Shown here piece after piece: positions 37,021-52,070 of a stretch of DNA of 64,000 bases. The DNA is from Octopus vulgaris (Eukaryota): the NCBI GenBank assembly GCA_951406725.2, contig OX597815.1, forward strand, positions 176,266,001 to 176,330,000, read 5' to 3'. Each line of letters begins with the position of its first letter. Position 1 is the stretch's first letter. A program made the position numbers and the translations under genes. The notes under the pieces were generated by a model, which was not told the DNA's origin, did no database searches, and saw nothing but the letters and a program-made list of their open reading frames with translations.

Positions 37021-39103
37021 ATATATATATATAAATATAATAATTTTAAAAACTTTTTTTTAAAATAAAGTTTAAATAAAGTTTGAAATAATGTCATATA
37101 CATTGCATCATAAGCTTATGAATATACATTGGGAAAAAATGTTTGTATAATCAGAAAGATATATGAATATGTATGATAAAAAGTTTAAATCTTTACATTT
37201 GCTCCTCACCTCTCACTAACATATGCCTATATCTATCTCTTTTTATAACATCTCTCTCCTACATGCCTCTCTTTCTAGTCCTGATGAATTTTGTAAATTA
37301 TATACAAGGTGTTATCTCTTTGAGACTAAACAATAATGTATGCACATATATTATAGCATTATGAATTCATATTATTAATTAATGTTTATGGTCATTGAAT
37401 CTATTTCCCATGCTGCAACTACAGAATTAAACATAAAATCATAAATTTCAGTCTTTGTTTTGATGTATATACATACTCTGTGAGTAATATACTTGACAAG
37501 GAATTTCAATTTGTTTTCATGGTTTTTCTCCTTAAACATAAAATATCTGCATACAAACAACTGGAAGCCAGAATTTGCAGAAGTGCTTCATGAGGACACA
37601 ACTTGAATTATAATCCTTTATATATATATATATATATATATAATATATTTGATATATGATGTATAAAAACATGTAATATACAAATAAATATCTGTAAATA
37701 TAAAACCATCCAAATTTCTGAGTACCTCATTTCTTCTAATATATAATACCTGTACATCATCTCCAAACCTTCTAATAAATATATATATATATATATATAT
37801 GCCACCACCACCATTTAATGTCTGTCTTCCATGCTGGTATGGTTTGACAGGGGCTGCCAAGGCCAGGAGCCATACAAAGTTCCATCGTCTGATGTGGCAT
37901 GATTTCTGCAGCTGGACCCCTTTCCTAACACCAACCACTTTACAGTGTGTACTCAGTGCTTTTTATGTGGCACCAGCACATAAAACATGTTAGAAGATTT
38001 TTTCATCACGTATGGCTTAAAGCAGGGATGTGTATTTGTTCCAACCTTGCCCTCCCTGAACCTTGCACCCTTGCTCCATGAAATTCTCTTAACAATCCTA
38101 GTATAGAAATCAAGAACTATTTCAATGGTGCATTCTACAATCAGTCCAGACTTTGATCATAATGACTGACCAATGGCTCCCGTGTCACTGCACTGCACCA
38201 TTCCAATGGCAATGCCTTGTCAGCTCTTTCACCAGAAGAATTGCAGGAATCTGTCAAGAATTCATAATTGTCCTTTTTGTTCTGGCAATCAACAAAAAAA
38301 AAAAAACACAAAAAAACACTTGCACAAGTTGCTCCAAACTCAAACCTTCCAGTCTCCAACATACCACTGGAACAGGCAGACCAGTTCCTTTACCTTGTGT
38401 ATATCCTCTCCACAATATAAAGATTCACCATACTTTTTAACTTACATACTCAATGTGTGTGTGTGTGTGTGTGTGTATCTTTATGTTTGTCCCCCCCCCC
38501 CCAAAGACCTTGAACCCACAAGAGTAAACAAGAGAGACAGAGACAGGCAGAAACAAAGAAAATGCCCCTTGTATTTGAATACTATGCAAATATGCTTTTA
38601 AAATACTTTTCTTTTAATTTTTCCAAAATTTAATTGTTTTCTATGCTTACAGTTGAAAAAGTCTCAATGACTGAAACCGGTACTGAAATGTTTTTTATAA
38701 AATTATTTTATCATTTTCTACCTTGACTTTTTTTTTCCATACATATTTACATACACACATATATATGTATGTACACACACACACACATACATACATACAC
38801 ATGCGTAAATCATCACTTTAATGTCCACTTTTCTTGGTCTGCATTGGTCAGATGAATTTCTTTGAGGCACACTTCCTATGACCTGACACTCTTCCTGCCA
38901 CCAGACCCTCACCTAGTTTCAAGCAAAGTAATATTTCTTCTCGTTCTCTTAGCATGAACATCACAATTACCAAATATGTTTCCAAGGAATGTTGCAGACA
39001 AACAATATCACTAATTTGACAACAATATTTATTTGCAATTAGCATGCTATGCAAAGATAATTTCAGAACCCATTACACGAGTGTGTGTCTGTGTATGTAC
39101 ATG

Positions 39104-39998
39104 TGAGGTCTGATCAATAAGTATAGGGACTGTTGCCATAGTAACGAAGCTAAAGCATGCAGAGTGAGGCCACTTGGCAAGGATTGATCTTGAACTCTGC
39201 TGTGCATGCGTACTAAGTTTTAATGTTCTAGCTCATTTCCGCTGTTTACAGCAGTGCTTGGAAGGAACGTGTGTAGCGTGTGATTGGCACATGGACTATG
39301 ACAGAGAAAGTTGTCATGGAGATACCTGCTCAGAGGTCTATGCAAAGTTGCAGAAAGTGTATAGAAAGGAGTGTATGAGCTGCACACAAGTGTATGAGTG
39401 GTTCATATGTTTTTAAGATGGCCGAAAAAATTTTGATATTGACAAACGTTATGGCAGAGCCGCAATCAGCAGAACTGAGGAAAACATCACAGATATGTGT
39501 GCAGCTGTGAGGGGAAATCACCGAATCACCACCCGTGAGTTATCAGAGAATGTGCAGATTAGTTACAACTCAGTTCAGTCCATTATCAATGAAGATTTGG
39601 GTATGAGATGCTTGTCTGCCAAATATGTGCCAAAACTGCTTTCAGCTGACCAAAAAGACACACGGGTTTCAGTTGCACAAGATCTCCTTGATTGTGTTCA
39701 GAATGATAAAAACTTTTTGAAAACTTTGCGTATGCCCCTGAGCAGGTATCGCCAAGCTTTTGGCAAAATTTGATTCAGCTTCTCAGCTCAACTTCCTCAG
39801 TCATGGTGAATGTGACTATAACATGCTACACATTTTCCTTCCAAGTACTGTTGTAAACAGCAGAAGTGAGCTGGAATATTAAAACTTAGTGTGCATGCAT
39901 GGCAGAGTTCAAGGTCAATCTGTGCGAAGCAGCTTCACTCTGTGCGCTTCAGCTTCGTTACTATGGCAACTGTCTGGATACTTATTGATCAGACCACA
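39104..39998 (+). mobile_element. Internally deleted mariner element with ~165-bp TIRs
   Basis: TIR GAGGTCTGATCAATAAGTAT... at both ends with TA at the right end. Encodes HTH remnants QVYEWF..F.DGR, RITTRELSE..ISY.SVQSI..EDLGM and AKYVPKLLS (WVP motif). The DD34D domain is absent. Confidence 0.92.
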
Positions 39999-42547
39999 TA
40001 TGTATATTTGCAATGTTCTAAGAGTGAGTATTTTAAGTGCTGAGGTTCTTGTAAAGAAATAAGAAGAAATCATGTGAAGATTAAATTGGAAAAGACAGGC
40101 ATAAGTTGCCAAAGAATTTTAGATAAAAATTGAACAGAAAAAACAATACTGCAGACTATAGTGATATGCACATTTTGAAATATGTCTTTCTGATTTTGCG
40201 AGAGAACCATAAGAACTTTGTAGAATTATTTGCAAAGAAATGATAAAGAAATCATCCTACCAAACATATTGGTTTCAAACTTTGGCATAAGGCCAGCAAG
40301 TTTGGGGGAGGGAGGGAGTTGATTACATTGACCCCAGTGTTTAACTGGTACTTATTTTATTGACCCTGAAAGGATGAAAGGTAAAGCTGGTCTTGATGAA
40401 ATTCGAACTCAGAACATAGAGATGAGCAAACTGTTACTAATGTGCTAATGAAACTGCCACCTTCAACCCTACCTGACATTCTTTTTTCTTTAGTTACAAA
40501 TGGAGATGTTCAAAATTTTCTTGCAGTCAAAATCCTTCTTCACATATTAACTGCAAGAAATACTGAACAATATCTCCATTTGTAACCAAAGAGAAATGGG
40601 TGTGCTATAAAAGTGAATGCATTAAGGAGTTGACCCCTAAAAGCATTAAGTATTCTACTGAGAAAGTGGGGCAGGCTTCTGTGGTGGTTTTTAATCTTTT
40701 GACTAATGATGAAGAAATCACTCTCAAACAGATGATGGAAATGTCAAGGATGATGCTTGATTGATTGTTGTTATGTCTGTCCACATGGATACAGTGTACA
40801 TCTGAAAGTGTTTTGATTGTTTGGAAAGAGAGAGTGATATTCTGGTCACTCAAGCACAAATGTGTGTGTGTGTGTGTAGATTTGCAGGTTTTCATTTTAG
40901 AAATATGAGACATTTAGATTACACAACTACAGAATTTGTGTTACTCGTTAAGCAATAATAATTACTTCAGTATCTAATTTCAATCCAATGACAATGTAAT
41001 ATGTGGTTCGGGCATGGCTGTTCAATTAGCAGCAATGTAGTTCTGGTTTCAATGTCCTGTATGGCATACTGGGCGAGTGCTTCATACCATAAAACTCAAA
41101 TTAATTGATGCCTTGTCAGTGGAATTTGGTAAACAGACACTGTGCAGAAACCAATTGAATTTATATATGCCTGTATACATATTTCCATAATGCATATGGT
41201 GATGGATGTAAACATCAGTGAAAAAAAGAAAAAATGCAAAGAAGCCAGTGTTTCTAGAATGAAGACCCTAGTTATATTAGTTCTGCCATTCTCATGTGTA
41301 ACAAAAGAACATTTTTAGGAAAGACTTCCAAGATCTGACATAACTGTTTCCAGTTTCTTCTTGTGCAGAGATCTGAAGACTATAGCATACCAATGCAACC
41401 TCACCAACATTTACAAATTAATACGATGTGTGTAAAGCCCTGGAGCTGGTACCACATGAAAAGCACTGGTGCCATATAAAAAGCCCTGATGCTGGTGCCA
41501 TGTAAAATGCCATGGTGATGGAGCCACATTAATTGCACTGATGCTGGTGCCATGTAAAAACACTGGTGTTGGTACCACATAAAAAGCAATGGTGCTAGTG
41601 CCACATAAGCCTTAGAGCTGGTGCCATGGAAAATGCTCTCAATACACTTGATAAAGTGATTGGCATTAGGAATGGCATCCAGCTGTAGAAACCATGCCAA
41701 AGAGAGAATGGAACCTGGTGCAGCTCCTGGCCATGTCAACTACTGTCGAACCATCCAATCCATGCCAGCAAGGAACAGGGATGTTTAATGATAAACATGA
41801 GAATGATGATGATGATGAAGATGATAAGAGTGTGTGCACACCTATATGTATTCAAAATTAAGCTATCACACTAGGATGCAAGGCTGAGCCAATCTCAACC
41901 TACTGAACAGATGAAGGTAACAGAATAAAAAAAAAAGAAATTATCAACATAGAAATGGATTTAGGTTGGTGGTTAATTATCATTGATCTGTATTTAACAT
42001 GAATAATTGGAGATGGAAATCATTAAAAAATAAGATTAGTGAGTGATGCAAAAAGAAGCCATAATCATAAGCATTAATCTGTCCATTTGAAATTCGCAGC
42101 ACTGACTGAAGCTAATAATGTTGGTAATAGTGATTGATTTTTATCTTCTACATTCCTCACGAAGCCAAAGTCAACCAGTTCCACATTTACCTGACTTCAT
42201 ATACAGAATCTAAGAGCATACGTCATTCTCCTTCACAATTAAAGCATAGTCTGGCAACTTTTCTATTTCTTTTTTTTTTTTCATTTTCATTTTCTTTAAC
42301 TATTTCAGATCAATTTTTGAATGTTCGGAGGTTTTCTTTTATTCTCTTACTTGTTTCAGTCATTTGACAGTGGCCATGCTGGAGCACCATCTTTAGTCGA
42401 ACAAATTGACTTATTCTTTGTAAGCCTAGTACTTATTATTCTATTGGTCTCTTTTGCCAAACCGCTAAGTTACAGGGATGTAAACACACCAACATCGATT
42501 GTCAAGTGATGGTGGGGGGGATAAGCACAGACACACAAATACATGCA

Positions 42548-42593
<46 letters not shown>

Positions 42594-45500
42594 ACAGGCT
42601 TCTTTCAGTTTCTGTCTATCACATCCGCTTACAAAGCTTTGGTTGGCCTGAAGCTTTGATAGAAGACACTTGCCCCAGGTGCCACACAGTGGGACTGAAC
42701 CCAGAACCATGTGGTTGGGAAGCAAGCTTCTTATCACACAGCCACTCCCGTGCCTATAAAGCCTGTACCTGTGGCAATGAATATTTTCATATGTTTTATT
42801 ATATATTCAAGCTACATGCATGTCGTATGCTGTTCACTTTAACGACCAGCTAAATGCCTTCTTCGAAATCTGTTGAAAGTGAAGTAACCAGTGAACCTGT
42901 TTATCAGTTAAGTAGACTAAGGTAACTAGAATTAAATGCTTTTACCACTCAAAGTTTAGAAATATAGTTTCCTAGCCTTAGTCTTGTCTGATATAACAAA
43001 CTCATTCAGCAACAGCGAAGAAGAAGATAAACCAATAATGGGAAAATGATATCAATGTAAATATATTGAAATGTTTTATATCTAAGGACAAATGTGTAGT
43101 CGTATGAAAATTATACACTTGAAACCACAGCTGTTAAATGTAGAAGAACAGAACAAGCACACATGCATTAAGCCTACCAATATATTACATCAGGCTTATC
43201 TGTTCTCCATACACCACTGATCTGATGGAAATTGATAGGAAAAAGAGAAAAGGCCAACAGCTCAGAAACTTGGCCACAAAGTTGCAGCATCTCTTCAGAG
43301 TTTATTGTGCAAGAAAATAAATAAATCTCTGAAGTTGCAAGAAAATGACATTTTTCGATTAATTTTACAAATGAATTGTTTTTTTTTAAGTCTGCACCGT
43401 TTCAATCAGTTTGATCTCCAAGAAACAGTATCAGGAGTTTTATTCATGAATATGCACATAGCAGGTGAATATATTACCATAAGTTCTAAACCAAGGATAG
43501 ATATGACCACCACTGCATGAATTAGTGGTCTAGTGGATAAGGTGTTTGTTTAGAAACAATTTACCTGCTAGACCACTAACTCAAAGTTTAGAATAAAAGA
43601 TCCTTGGTTCAAATCTCATCTGGTACTATGTACAGAACCAACAATAACATACTTAAGGGCAACTGAATATTGAAGGAACAAGGGAGAAATAGAACAGGTA
43701 TAAATATGTTAGAATGTTTCGTCTGGAAGGACAAGGACAGCAGGGAAAAAATTATGCACTTTGATATTTGTTATTTGGCATTAAAAAAATCAAATGAAAA
43801 CATTTCTTAGTAAAATTGTCTCTCAAACATAAACAAAATGTGAAAGATTACATAAGAAAGCTGCACACAATTTTCAGTCTATGAAAAAGGATTTATTGTT
43901 TGCATTTTAAAAGTGATAAGAAAACTACAAACTCCTTTCCTGGAAATATTTCTATAGAAGAAACTACAGAAATTAAGCAGACCACACAGCACTGGTGACC
44001 CACATAAAAAGCATTGGGGCTGGTGTCACGTAAAAAGCACTGGTGGTGCATAAAAAGCATTGGTGACAGTCCCACATAAAAAAAATCATTGGCTTCAAGT
44101 AAGAAACACTGGTGCCAGTGCCACATAAAATGCACTGGTTCTGGTGCAATGTAAAAGGTACTGGTGATGTTTCCAGTAAAAATGTCCCCAGTACACTCTA
44201 TAAAGTGGTTGGCATTAGGAAGGGCATCCAGCTGTAGAAATTATGCCAAAACAGACAATGGAACCGGGTGCAGCTTTTTGTCTTGCCATCTCCTGTCAAA
44301 CCATCCAAACCATTGCAGCAGCATAAAAAACGGTCACTTAATGATGATGGTGATGATACTTAATTTGTGTAAATATGCTTTCTGTGTTGGTTTCGTTAAT
44401 AATACTGGAGCACTGACAACATCTTATTTGAAAAGAGAGACAGGTGTTTGTTCAACTCTGAATAGTGTTCTAAAGTCAACATAGAAATATACGTGTTATG
44501 GAATTAAATAAAAACTTATAGAGAAGCATATCAGAATAATGTTTATGTTAATTATTCTTTGTTAAAGGGAAATTAAAAATGAGATTTAGAAATGTTCATT
44601 TTTGATGTCTATTTTATGCCTTCTGAACCTATTAAAGTGCACAACAGCTGGCTCTTTATACGACTCTTCTAATTTGAAATTCGGCTTTTCACAGCACTTA
44701 CCATTTCAAGCGAACACCTGTTGGCATTGTTATTACTGAAAGCTACATAAATCTAACCGAACTGAACAATCCGTTGTCAATGTCTTAATTCTCCTGCTGG
44801 AAAGGTATATAAAATGGAATGATTAAAACCATTTTGAGTGAAAGTAGAAAAATTATAAGTAGATTTGTTGACTTGAGGTAAGGAAGACAATGTTGGGTGA
44901 ATGGTTTAATGGAGGAGACAGCTACAAGTCAATAATTCATATCCTGTAATGGTCACCAATGCTGAACCCCATTCAAAGCTCTCAGCTGGCCAGTCTTAGA
45001 TCTCGGTCAGCCTAAGTTCCCAACTCCCTATCAATAAAACCCAAAGCTCATCTCAGAATATCATGTTTGGCTGGTAAATATATCTCCAGCTGGAATTATA
45101 CTGTGCACTACAAACTAAAAAATAATTCATCAATGTTAAGTGTTGCTATGGACTGTAGAGGTCTGTTTGTTGCCCTGTGTTATCTCCTCCCAACACATCT
45201 GAGGCAATTGGATAGAAACTGTTCATAAATTTCATAATTTCTGGTAGACTATGATCTTAGAAAATAATACAAATAATGAAAAGATTGATTAATCTTATAA
45301 AAGTTTGATAATTTCTTTATAGAATCCAAAATGGCACAGTGCAGAAAAGACATATACATGATGATGATGATCATCATCATCATTTAACATTTGCTTTCCA
45401 TGCTGGCATGGGTTGGACGATTTGACTGGGGACCGGTGAGCCAGATGGCTGCATCAGGCTCCAATCTGATCAGGCAGAGTTTCTACAGCTGGATGCCCTT

Positions 45501-47922
45501 CCTGACGCCAACCACTGAGAGTGTAGTGGGTGCTTTTATGTGCTACTGGCACGAGGGCCAGTCAGGCGGTACTGGCTCAAATGGTGTTTTTTACGTGCCA
45601 CCAGCATGGAAGCCAGTTAGCTGCTTTGGCAACGATCACGCTCGGATGGTGCTCTTAGCGCTCCACTAGCACGGAGGCCAGTCATCAAATTTGATTTCAA
45701 TTTCATTTGCCTCAAGCAGAGTTTAGTGTCCAATGAAGGAAAGGTACACATAAGTGGGCTGGTTACACCCCTGGCATAGGCCATGAGGTTATGGTCTCAC
45801 TTGGCTTGTCGGGTCTTCTCAAGCACAGCATATTTCCAAAGGTCTTGGTCACTAGTCATTGCCTTGGTGAGGCCTAATGTTCGAAGGTCGTGCTTCACCA
45901 CTTCATTCCAGGTCTTCAGTATGGGTATTTTATGTCTGTAGACAGAACACTTAATTCTGTGCATCAATTTATTCAAGTTTACAAACTGGATATCTGCTGT
46001 ATATAATGGAAAATATTGACTGGTGCCCTTTTTACAAATCTTTATAATGTCATCACTGCTTCCCTCATTCGAACAACTCTCCTTTTATGCTGCTATGAAG
46101 AGACACAATGCAGCTTACGTCCATTTGTTTTGATCACGTTTCCTCCTCATTTGTGACATTTAACATTCTCAGGATTGTTTTTACTGCTCATATTTTCCTT
46201 AATTTGCTTCGTCATTTTGGAAACTATCTACCAGCAAATTATAACATTCTTTCATGCAGTATATCATTAGAGCATATCAGCAATAAAAATGCATTTTCTG
46301 CAAATATCAATCAATAATTTTGATGCCAAGCCATTTTTTCCTACTGACTTGAACTCTGAGTCTGAGAAATTAGAATTGCAAATTCATTAGACTAAACACA
46401 GCTTATTTCTTCCCACCTACTCAAGTTTTCCCATTGCATCATCCATGTCATACATGAATGTTACAATGACAAAGTCGAAGTTTCTCTACTTTCAGTTTTA
46501 ATTGACAATATGTCACAATACATATTGCAAAGCTTAAGCTGAAAAAACACATGTTTTTGTGCATGTGACTGTGTTTTATGAATATTTTAGAAATGCTTAT
46601 GAACGACTGAACCAATTGAGGCCCAAACAAAATAATTTTTATGGTATTTAGTTAGGTCGTTGTTACATTTTGATTTTAGATTTCATGCTTCTGAGATCCA
46701 ATAAATTAGCAATTTGGTTGATTCCTGGTTCAAAATTTATGCCTTATGTTACTGTTAGAAATCAATATTTTTATAGCATTTATCAGTGGTTACAAATGTA
46801 GGAATGTCTGCAATATTTTGATATTCCAGCTGTAATTATAGAAATTCCAAATTAAATTCCAGTTAAAAATGCAAAGCAGAAACAATTGTGTTCCATGTTG
46901 CTTAACTAATTAATGCTTTGAGATGAGATGCATTGGAGCTTTAATGTTTGTCTTCTAACACCTTAATCACCTCTTAGTTCACACACACACACATTCACAT
47001 GCAAGAGAGAGAGAGAGAGAGAGAGTCAGTGAGTATGTGTGTGTGTGTGTGTAAAATATACCACACATCACATTATGGTAAGTGTTGCATCAACAAAAAG
47101 TTCAATATCACTTAATGATTTCAAAATAATTTTTTTCCTTTCAAAACGTAGCACAACAATAAATGTAATTTAGAAAACAATTTCTCTGCAATTTCCTATA
47201 ATAAATGGCATTATTTTGAAGAAAGAAACCAAATAAAACAACATTAAAACCACATTCTCCATTATCAAGTTTTGTTCTACTCTGTGCATTTCTACAACAC
47301 TCAACCAGTCTAATCTCTATATCTAAACACATTTATAAATAACATTTTCACTTCGAAATGAACTGACAGAAGACATATACCATCATCATCATCATCATTA
47401 CGAATACGAGACAACAATTACCGCTTGCACTGTTGACGTGGAGAAGAATGAAACACAATTGCCAGAGATCATTGAATGAAAATAATAAATTCACCTTGCC
47501 ATTATTTGTTTGTTATTTCAAATTCATAAAGGAAAAGAAATCGTATAAATTCTAATACATACAAAACCTACATATATACACATATAGATGTACAGGTGTG
47601 TGTGTATGCATATGTATATATACACAGATATATACCCATACATATATGTCATTTTGATTCCTTTCAACTTCATTTCATTTCATTTATAACCGCCATCATT
47701 ATCATCTGTGTACTTATCTCAATTTGACACTGACTGTTGTTTTGGTTTGTTTTATTAATTACCGTCTGGCTAGAAAACTTCTCCAGCTTTATCCTCTCCA
47801 TATCACGTATAAATCAATGGATCTCATAATACATGTATTGATGCATTACTCCATTTTGTGGTCTGACTAATAATCTATTCTGCACACCATTGCATGACTA
47901 TGTGAATGCAGTGTGTGTGTGA

Positions 47923-47958
<36 letters not shown>

Positions 47959-48367
47959 TTCAATTTGAAGACTCTACTAGAATGGACGAAAGCGCTTGAA
48001 TATGATGGGCATGGGTAGGCGCGGGTATGGCTGTGTGGTTAGGGAGCTTGCTTTCAAACTACATGATTTTGGGTTCAGTCCCACTGCGTGGCACTTTGGG
48101 TAGGTGCCTTCCGCTATAGCCCCGAGCCAACCGGAGCTTTGTGATTGAATTCGGTAGGCGGGAGTTACTGCCGTGTGTGTATGTGTGCGTATAGCTGCTC
48201 AGTGCCTCTCCGAAAGAGAGAGAGAGGGATATATAAAAACATGTAACATAAAGGCGGTGCTCCAGCATGGCCGCAGTCAAATGACTGAAACAAGTAAAAG
48301 AGTAAAAGAGTATACAAATAAATATCTGTAAATATAAAACCATCCAAATTTCTGAGTAGCTCATTTC

Positions 48368-48406
<39 letters not shown>

Positions 48407-48580
48407 ACCTTGATACTGTGTGAACTAAGATCTCCATTGACAGGCTGCTGGTATTTATAGAGTGTTAAATACTTTAGGTATGCAAATTAGGGACTCCTTC
48501 ATAGAGTAACTGCTGCATTTGTTGAGTGTATAAACAGTTTGGCTGCTTGTTTCTCTGGAAACTGTCAGAACGATGTAGAT

Positions 48581-48623
48581 GCCTCTGATGAGAACCCAGT
48601 AAGGTTCGAAAATCGATTAAGGT
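48581..48623 (+). ncRNA. Intact minimal hammerhead ribozyme
   Basis: gcct-CTGATGA-gaacc cagtaa ggttc-GAAA-atcga-TTA-aggt. Stem II is perfect and stem III is palindromic (AATCGATT). Confidence 0.82.
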
Positions 48624-48732
48624 TGTTCATCCTTTTTTCAGTCTGCAGAGAAATGGCTAAAATTTGCCCTGCTTGTAATTATATCATATGTTATATATAT
48701 ATATATATACACACACACACATATATATATAG

Positions 48733-49145
48733 AGTGACTGCGAAAACCCGACAAATGAAGTGAGTTCATGGCTCGCAGGACAGCCTGCTGTGCTAAGCTT
48801 GGATCGCAGAGTGACCTGCTGTGCTTGAGGAGACCTATTGAGTCAAGTACATCAACATCAAAATAAAATCAAATGGATATTGTAGTTGTGATACCCGTGC
48901 TGGTGACATGTTGAGCCTCACAGTGGAAATGACAAAAGACCGAGACCTCTGAGATATGCTGTGACTGTGAAGACCCGACAAATGAAATGAGTTCATGGCT
49001 CACAGGACGGCCTGCTGTGCCAACCTTAGATTGTAGAGTGACCCGTTGTACTTGAGGAGACCTATTGAGTCAAGTACGTCAACACCAACATCAAAATAAA
49101 AATCAAATGGAAATTGTAGTTAAGATACCCATGCCGGTGGCACGT
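48733..49145 (+). repeat. ~228-bp tandem duplication within an RTE/family C 3' region
   Basis: The block GTGACTG.GAA.ACCCGACAAATGAA..GAGTTCATGGCTC..GAGGAGACCTATTGAGTCAAGTAC occurs twice. Confidence 0.8.
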
Positions 49146-51039
49146 AAAAAACACCATCCGAACGTGGCTGATGTCAGCGCCGCCTGACTGGCATCCATGT
49201 CGGTGACATATAAAAAGCACCAACCGATCATGGCACATAAAAAGCACCCACTATACTCATGGAGTGGTTGGTGTTAGGAAGGGCATCCAGCTGTAGAAAC
49301 ACTGCAAGATCAGACTGGAGCCAGGTGCAGTCTCCTGGCTTCCCAGACCCCGGTCGAACCGTCCAACCCATGCTAGCATGGAAAACGGACATTAAACGAT
49401 GATGATGATATATAGGTGTGGGTGGATGGGTGATCATGTGAGTGTGTGCTTAGATATTTCTCTGAAATGAAGTTGATGTAATTCTGAGTGGATTATGAAA
49501 CGCCTGTAACCTCTACAGAAATATTAAAACTTATTATTTTATTTGCTTATAATTAAATATTCTGTATGGACAGATCTAAAACTGTTTCTCATTAGTAACA
49601 TGACACAGAGGACCAGTGGTAAAGAGATGAGATTTACCAATTAGACAGGTAAAGCAGTATGAGCTGTGGTCCATGATCTCAATGTACACTATACATCCTA
49701 CTTGCCACTACTGCACTCATTTTAAAATCCAAGTTGCTCTGCTTGTTCAAGTGGTCAGGTTTCTCCTAGCACAATGCCACCACTTGTCATAGCACTTTCT
49801 CATCTCATCTCTGAGATTCAACTGCATTTCGTTCCTTTTGTAGCTAGTTTTTCTCTCAACTTATTTGCACTGTGTCATTCATGACCACAAATATTACAAA
49901 TAAAATGGAGCATGCTTACTGCATTCAGTTTTTTTTTCCCAATCTTCATAAATCTCTGCATTCAAAGCCCTTTTCCTACTGAAATGCAACAGTTCCCTTT
50001 GTACACAAGCTCCATACAGTCACTCTGCCATTCATTTGGAGGAAAAAATCGTTTGTCACTAGCAGAGATTAATAAGCCTCCTACACTCTATTCATCTTCT
50101 TCATCATCATCATCATCATCACCATCACCACCACCAGCTGCTTCTTCTTCTTCAACTGAGATGTGTTTCACCACACTTTACCAAGAATCTCTGTCCCCTC
50201 TTTTGTTGTAGGTTCTCAGTTTCACATTGTGTGCCTCTGCTAATAACATCAATGCAGCTGAGTGGTCACTGACCCCTTTCAGGGTGCAGGGTGCCTCCAA
50301 AATATAACATCTGATATGGCCTGGTGTTCACAACAGCAATGATCATCAGAACTTACAGTTCATGTAAAAACTACCCATGCCCATGCTATGTACAAAGCAG
50401 CCATGCTGGTACCATGTAAAAAGCACTCAGCAGACACTCCCTTTTAAAGTGGTTGGCATCAGGAAGAGCATCCGGCCAATGAAACCATTCCAAAACAGAC
50501 CATGGAAGCTGGTGTGTCACCTGGCCTCGTCAACTCCTGTCAGACTGTCTAACCCATGCCAGCACGAAAAACAGACATTAAATGATAATGAGGATGAGTC
50601 TAGATATCTTCCATTTTCCTCTCCTTAATCCCTCTACCTTACAGCTGTCATTTTTGATGGCTGACCCTCCTGTTGGGTTTACTGATGGTGTGTGTCTATC
50701 TCCTGTGCATTTTTCTCATCCAACAGTCTTTCACAATGGTACTTGCACACCGCTTTCTTTTCAGCACCGTTGTGGGATGCAAACATTCCAAATACACTTT
50801 TCTATAATGATGTCTCAATTTTTCTCGTACAATGTCTTGCAATCTTTAACACTTCACATTTGTAATCCTCACACGACACGACATGTGTGAAGCTTTTACT
50901 TTCTCCTGTCCAACAATAAATGGCAAACTCTTCAAACCAAGTAAATAATCACATAAATATATAAGTACATACATACACATTTACATATGCACACACACAC
51001 ACACACACAGTTAATAATATATACACATATATCACCATG

Positions 51040-51293
51040 ATCATCGTGATCAACCTGGCTATCAGATGTTGCTACACATCGCTGGTCACAATGCGCTTCG
51101 CAGGCCAACAGAAGAGTGAGAGAAAGTTGTGGCGAAAGAGTACAGCAGGGATCGCCATCCCCACCCGCCAGAACCTCATGGAGCATTAGGTGTTTTCCCT
51201 CAATAAACACTCACAACGCCCGGTCTGGGAATCGAAACCGTGATCCTACAACCGTGAGTCTGCTGCCCTAACCACTGGGCCATTACGCCTCCA
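51040..51293 (-). mobile_element. tRNA-derived SINE family D (second copy at ~60200-60590)
   Basis: tRNA-like head GGAGGCG.AATGGCCCAGTGGTTAGGGCAGCAGACTC..GGTTTCGATTCCCAGACCGGGCG. Confidence 0.8.
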
Positions 51294-52070
51294 CATATAC
51301 ACATATATACACAAACGTATACACACATTCAGTATCACATTCCATCTATTTTGTCACGCTGAGCATATATTCATCAACCTCACTACTTTTATTCATGAAA
51401 AACTTTACCAATTTTAATGTTTAACAGAACATTTGGATATCCTCTTCTAATTCTTCATAGCTGTCGGCTGGTGTAGACACAAATTTTAGTACTTTTGCCA
51501 AAAGTTCATGAGTTTTCATCTTTTATCTTTTACTGGTTTCAACTATTAGGCTATGACCATGCTGGGGCACTACCTTAAATCATTTTTTTAATTGAATGAA
51601 TTGACCCCAGGGCTTATTTTTTAAAGTCTGATATTCATTCTATTAGTTTCTTTTGCCGAACTGCTAAGTTACAGGGAACAACACCAATTGTCAAGTGGTG
51701 ATGGGAAACAAACACAGACACTAAGGCACATGTGCCACACACACACACACACACACTCGGTGTGCTTTTTATGTGATGAAAAAAAGAATTCATTTTTGAC
51801 CCCATAATGTTGTTTGTCATATTTTAAAGGCAATATTTATGAAGAAAAGAAGAGGCATTAGTATCTCATCCCTGTTTGATGTCACATTTTACAGCTGCTT
51901 TAAGTGAAAGGAATGTAACTGAACACTTATCAGTTTCGAGGATTAAGAGTTCAAATCCTATCATTCTGCATGGTGTTCATAAAAATTCTCAAAATTTCAA
52001 TAAAAACAACAAGAAACATATATAAATCACCCATTCTGGTGCCACATATCAAAACACCCATGCTGGTACC

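Noticed and set aside
40605-40913. Nested gene in the large intron
   Set aside because: No recognisable domain or splice structure, and it includes a (TG)n tract.
51215-51293. tRNA gene
   Set aside because: It is a SINE head that continues into a repeat body also present at ~60400-60590.
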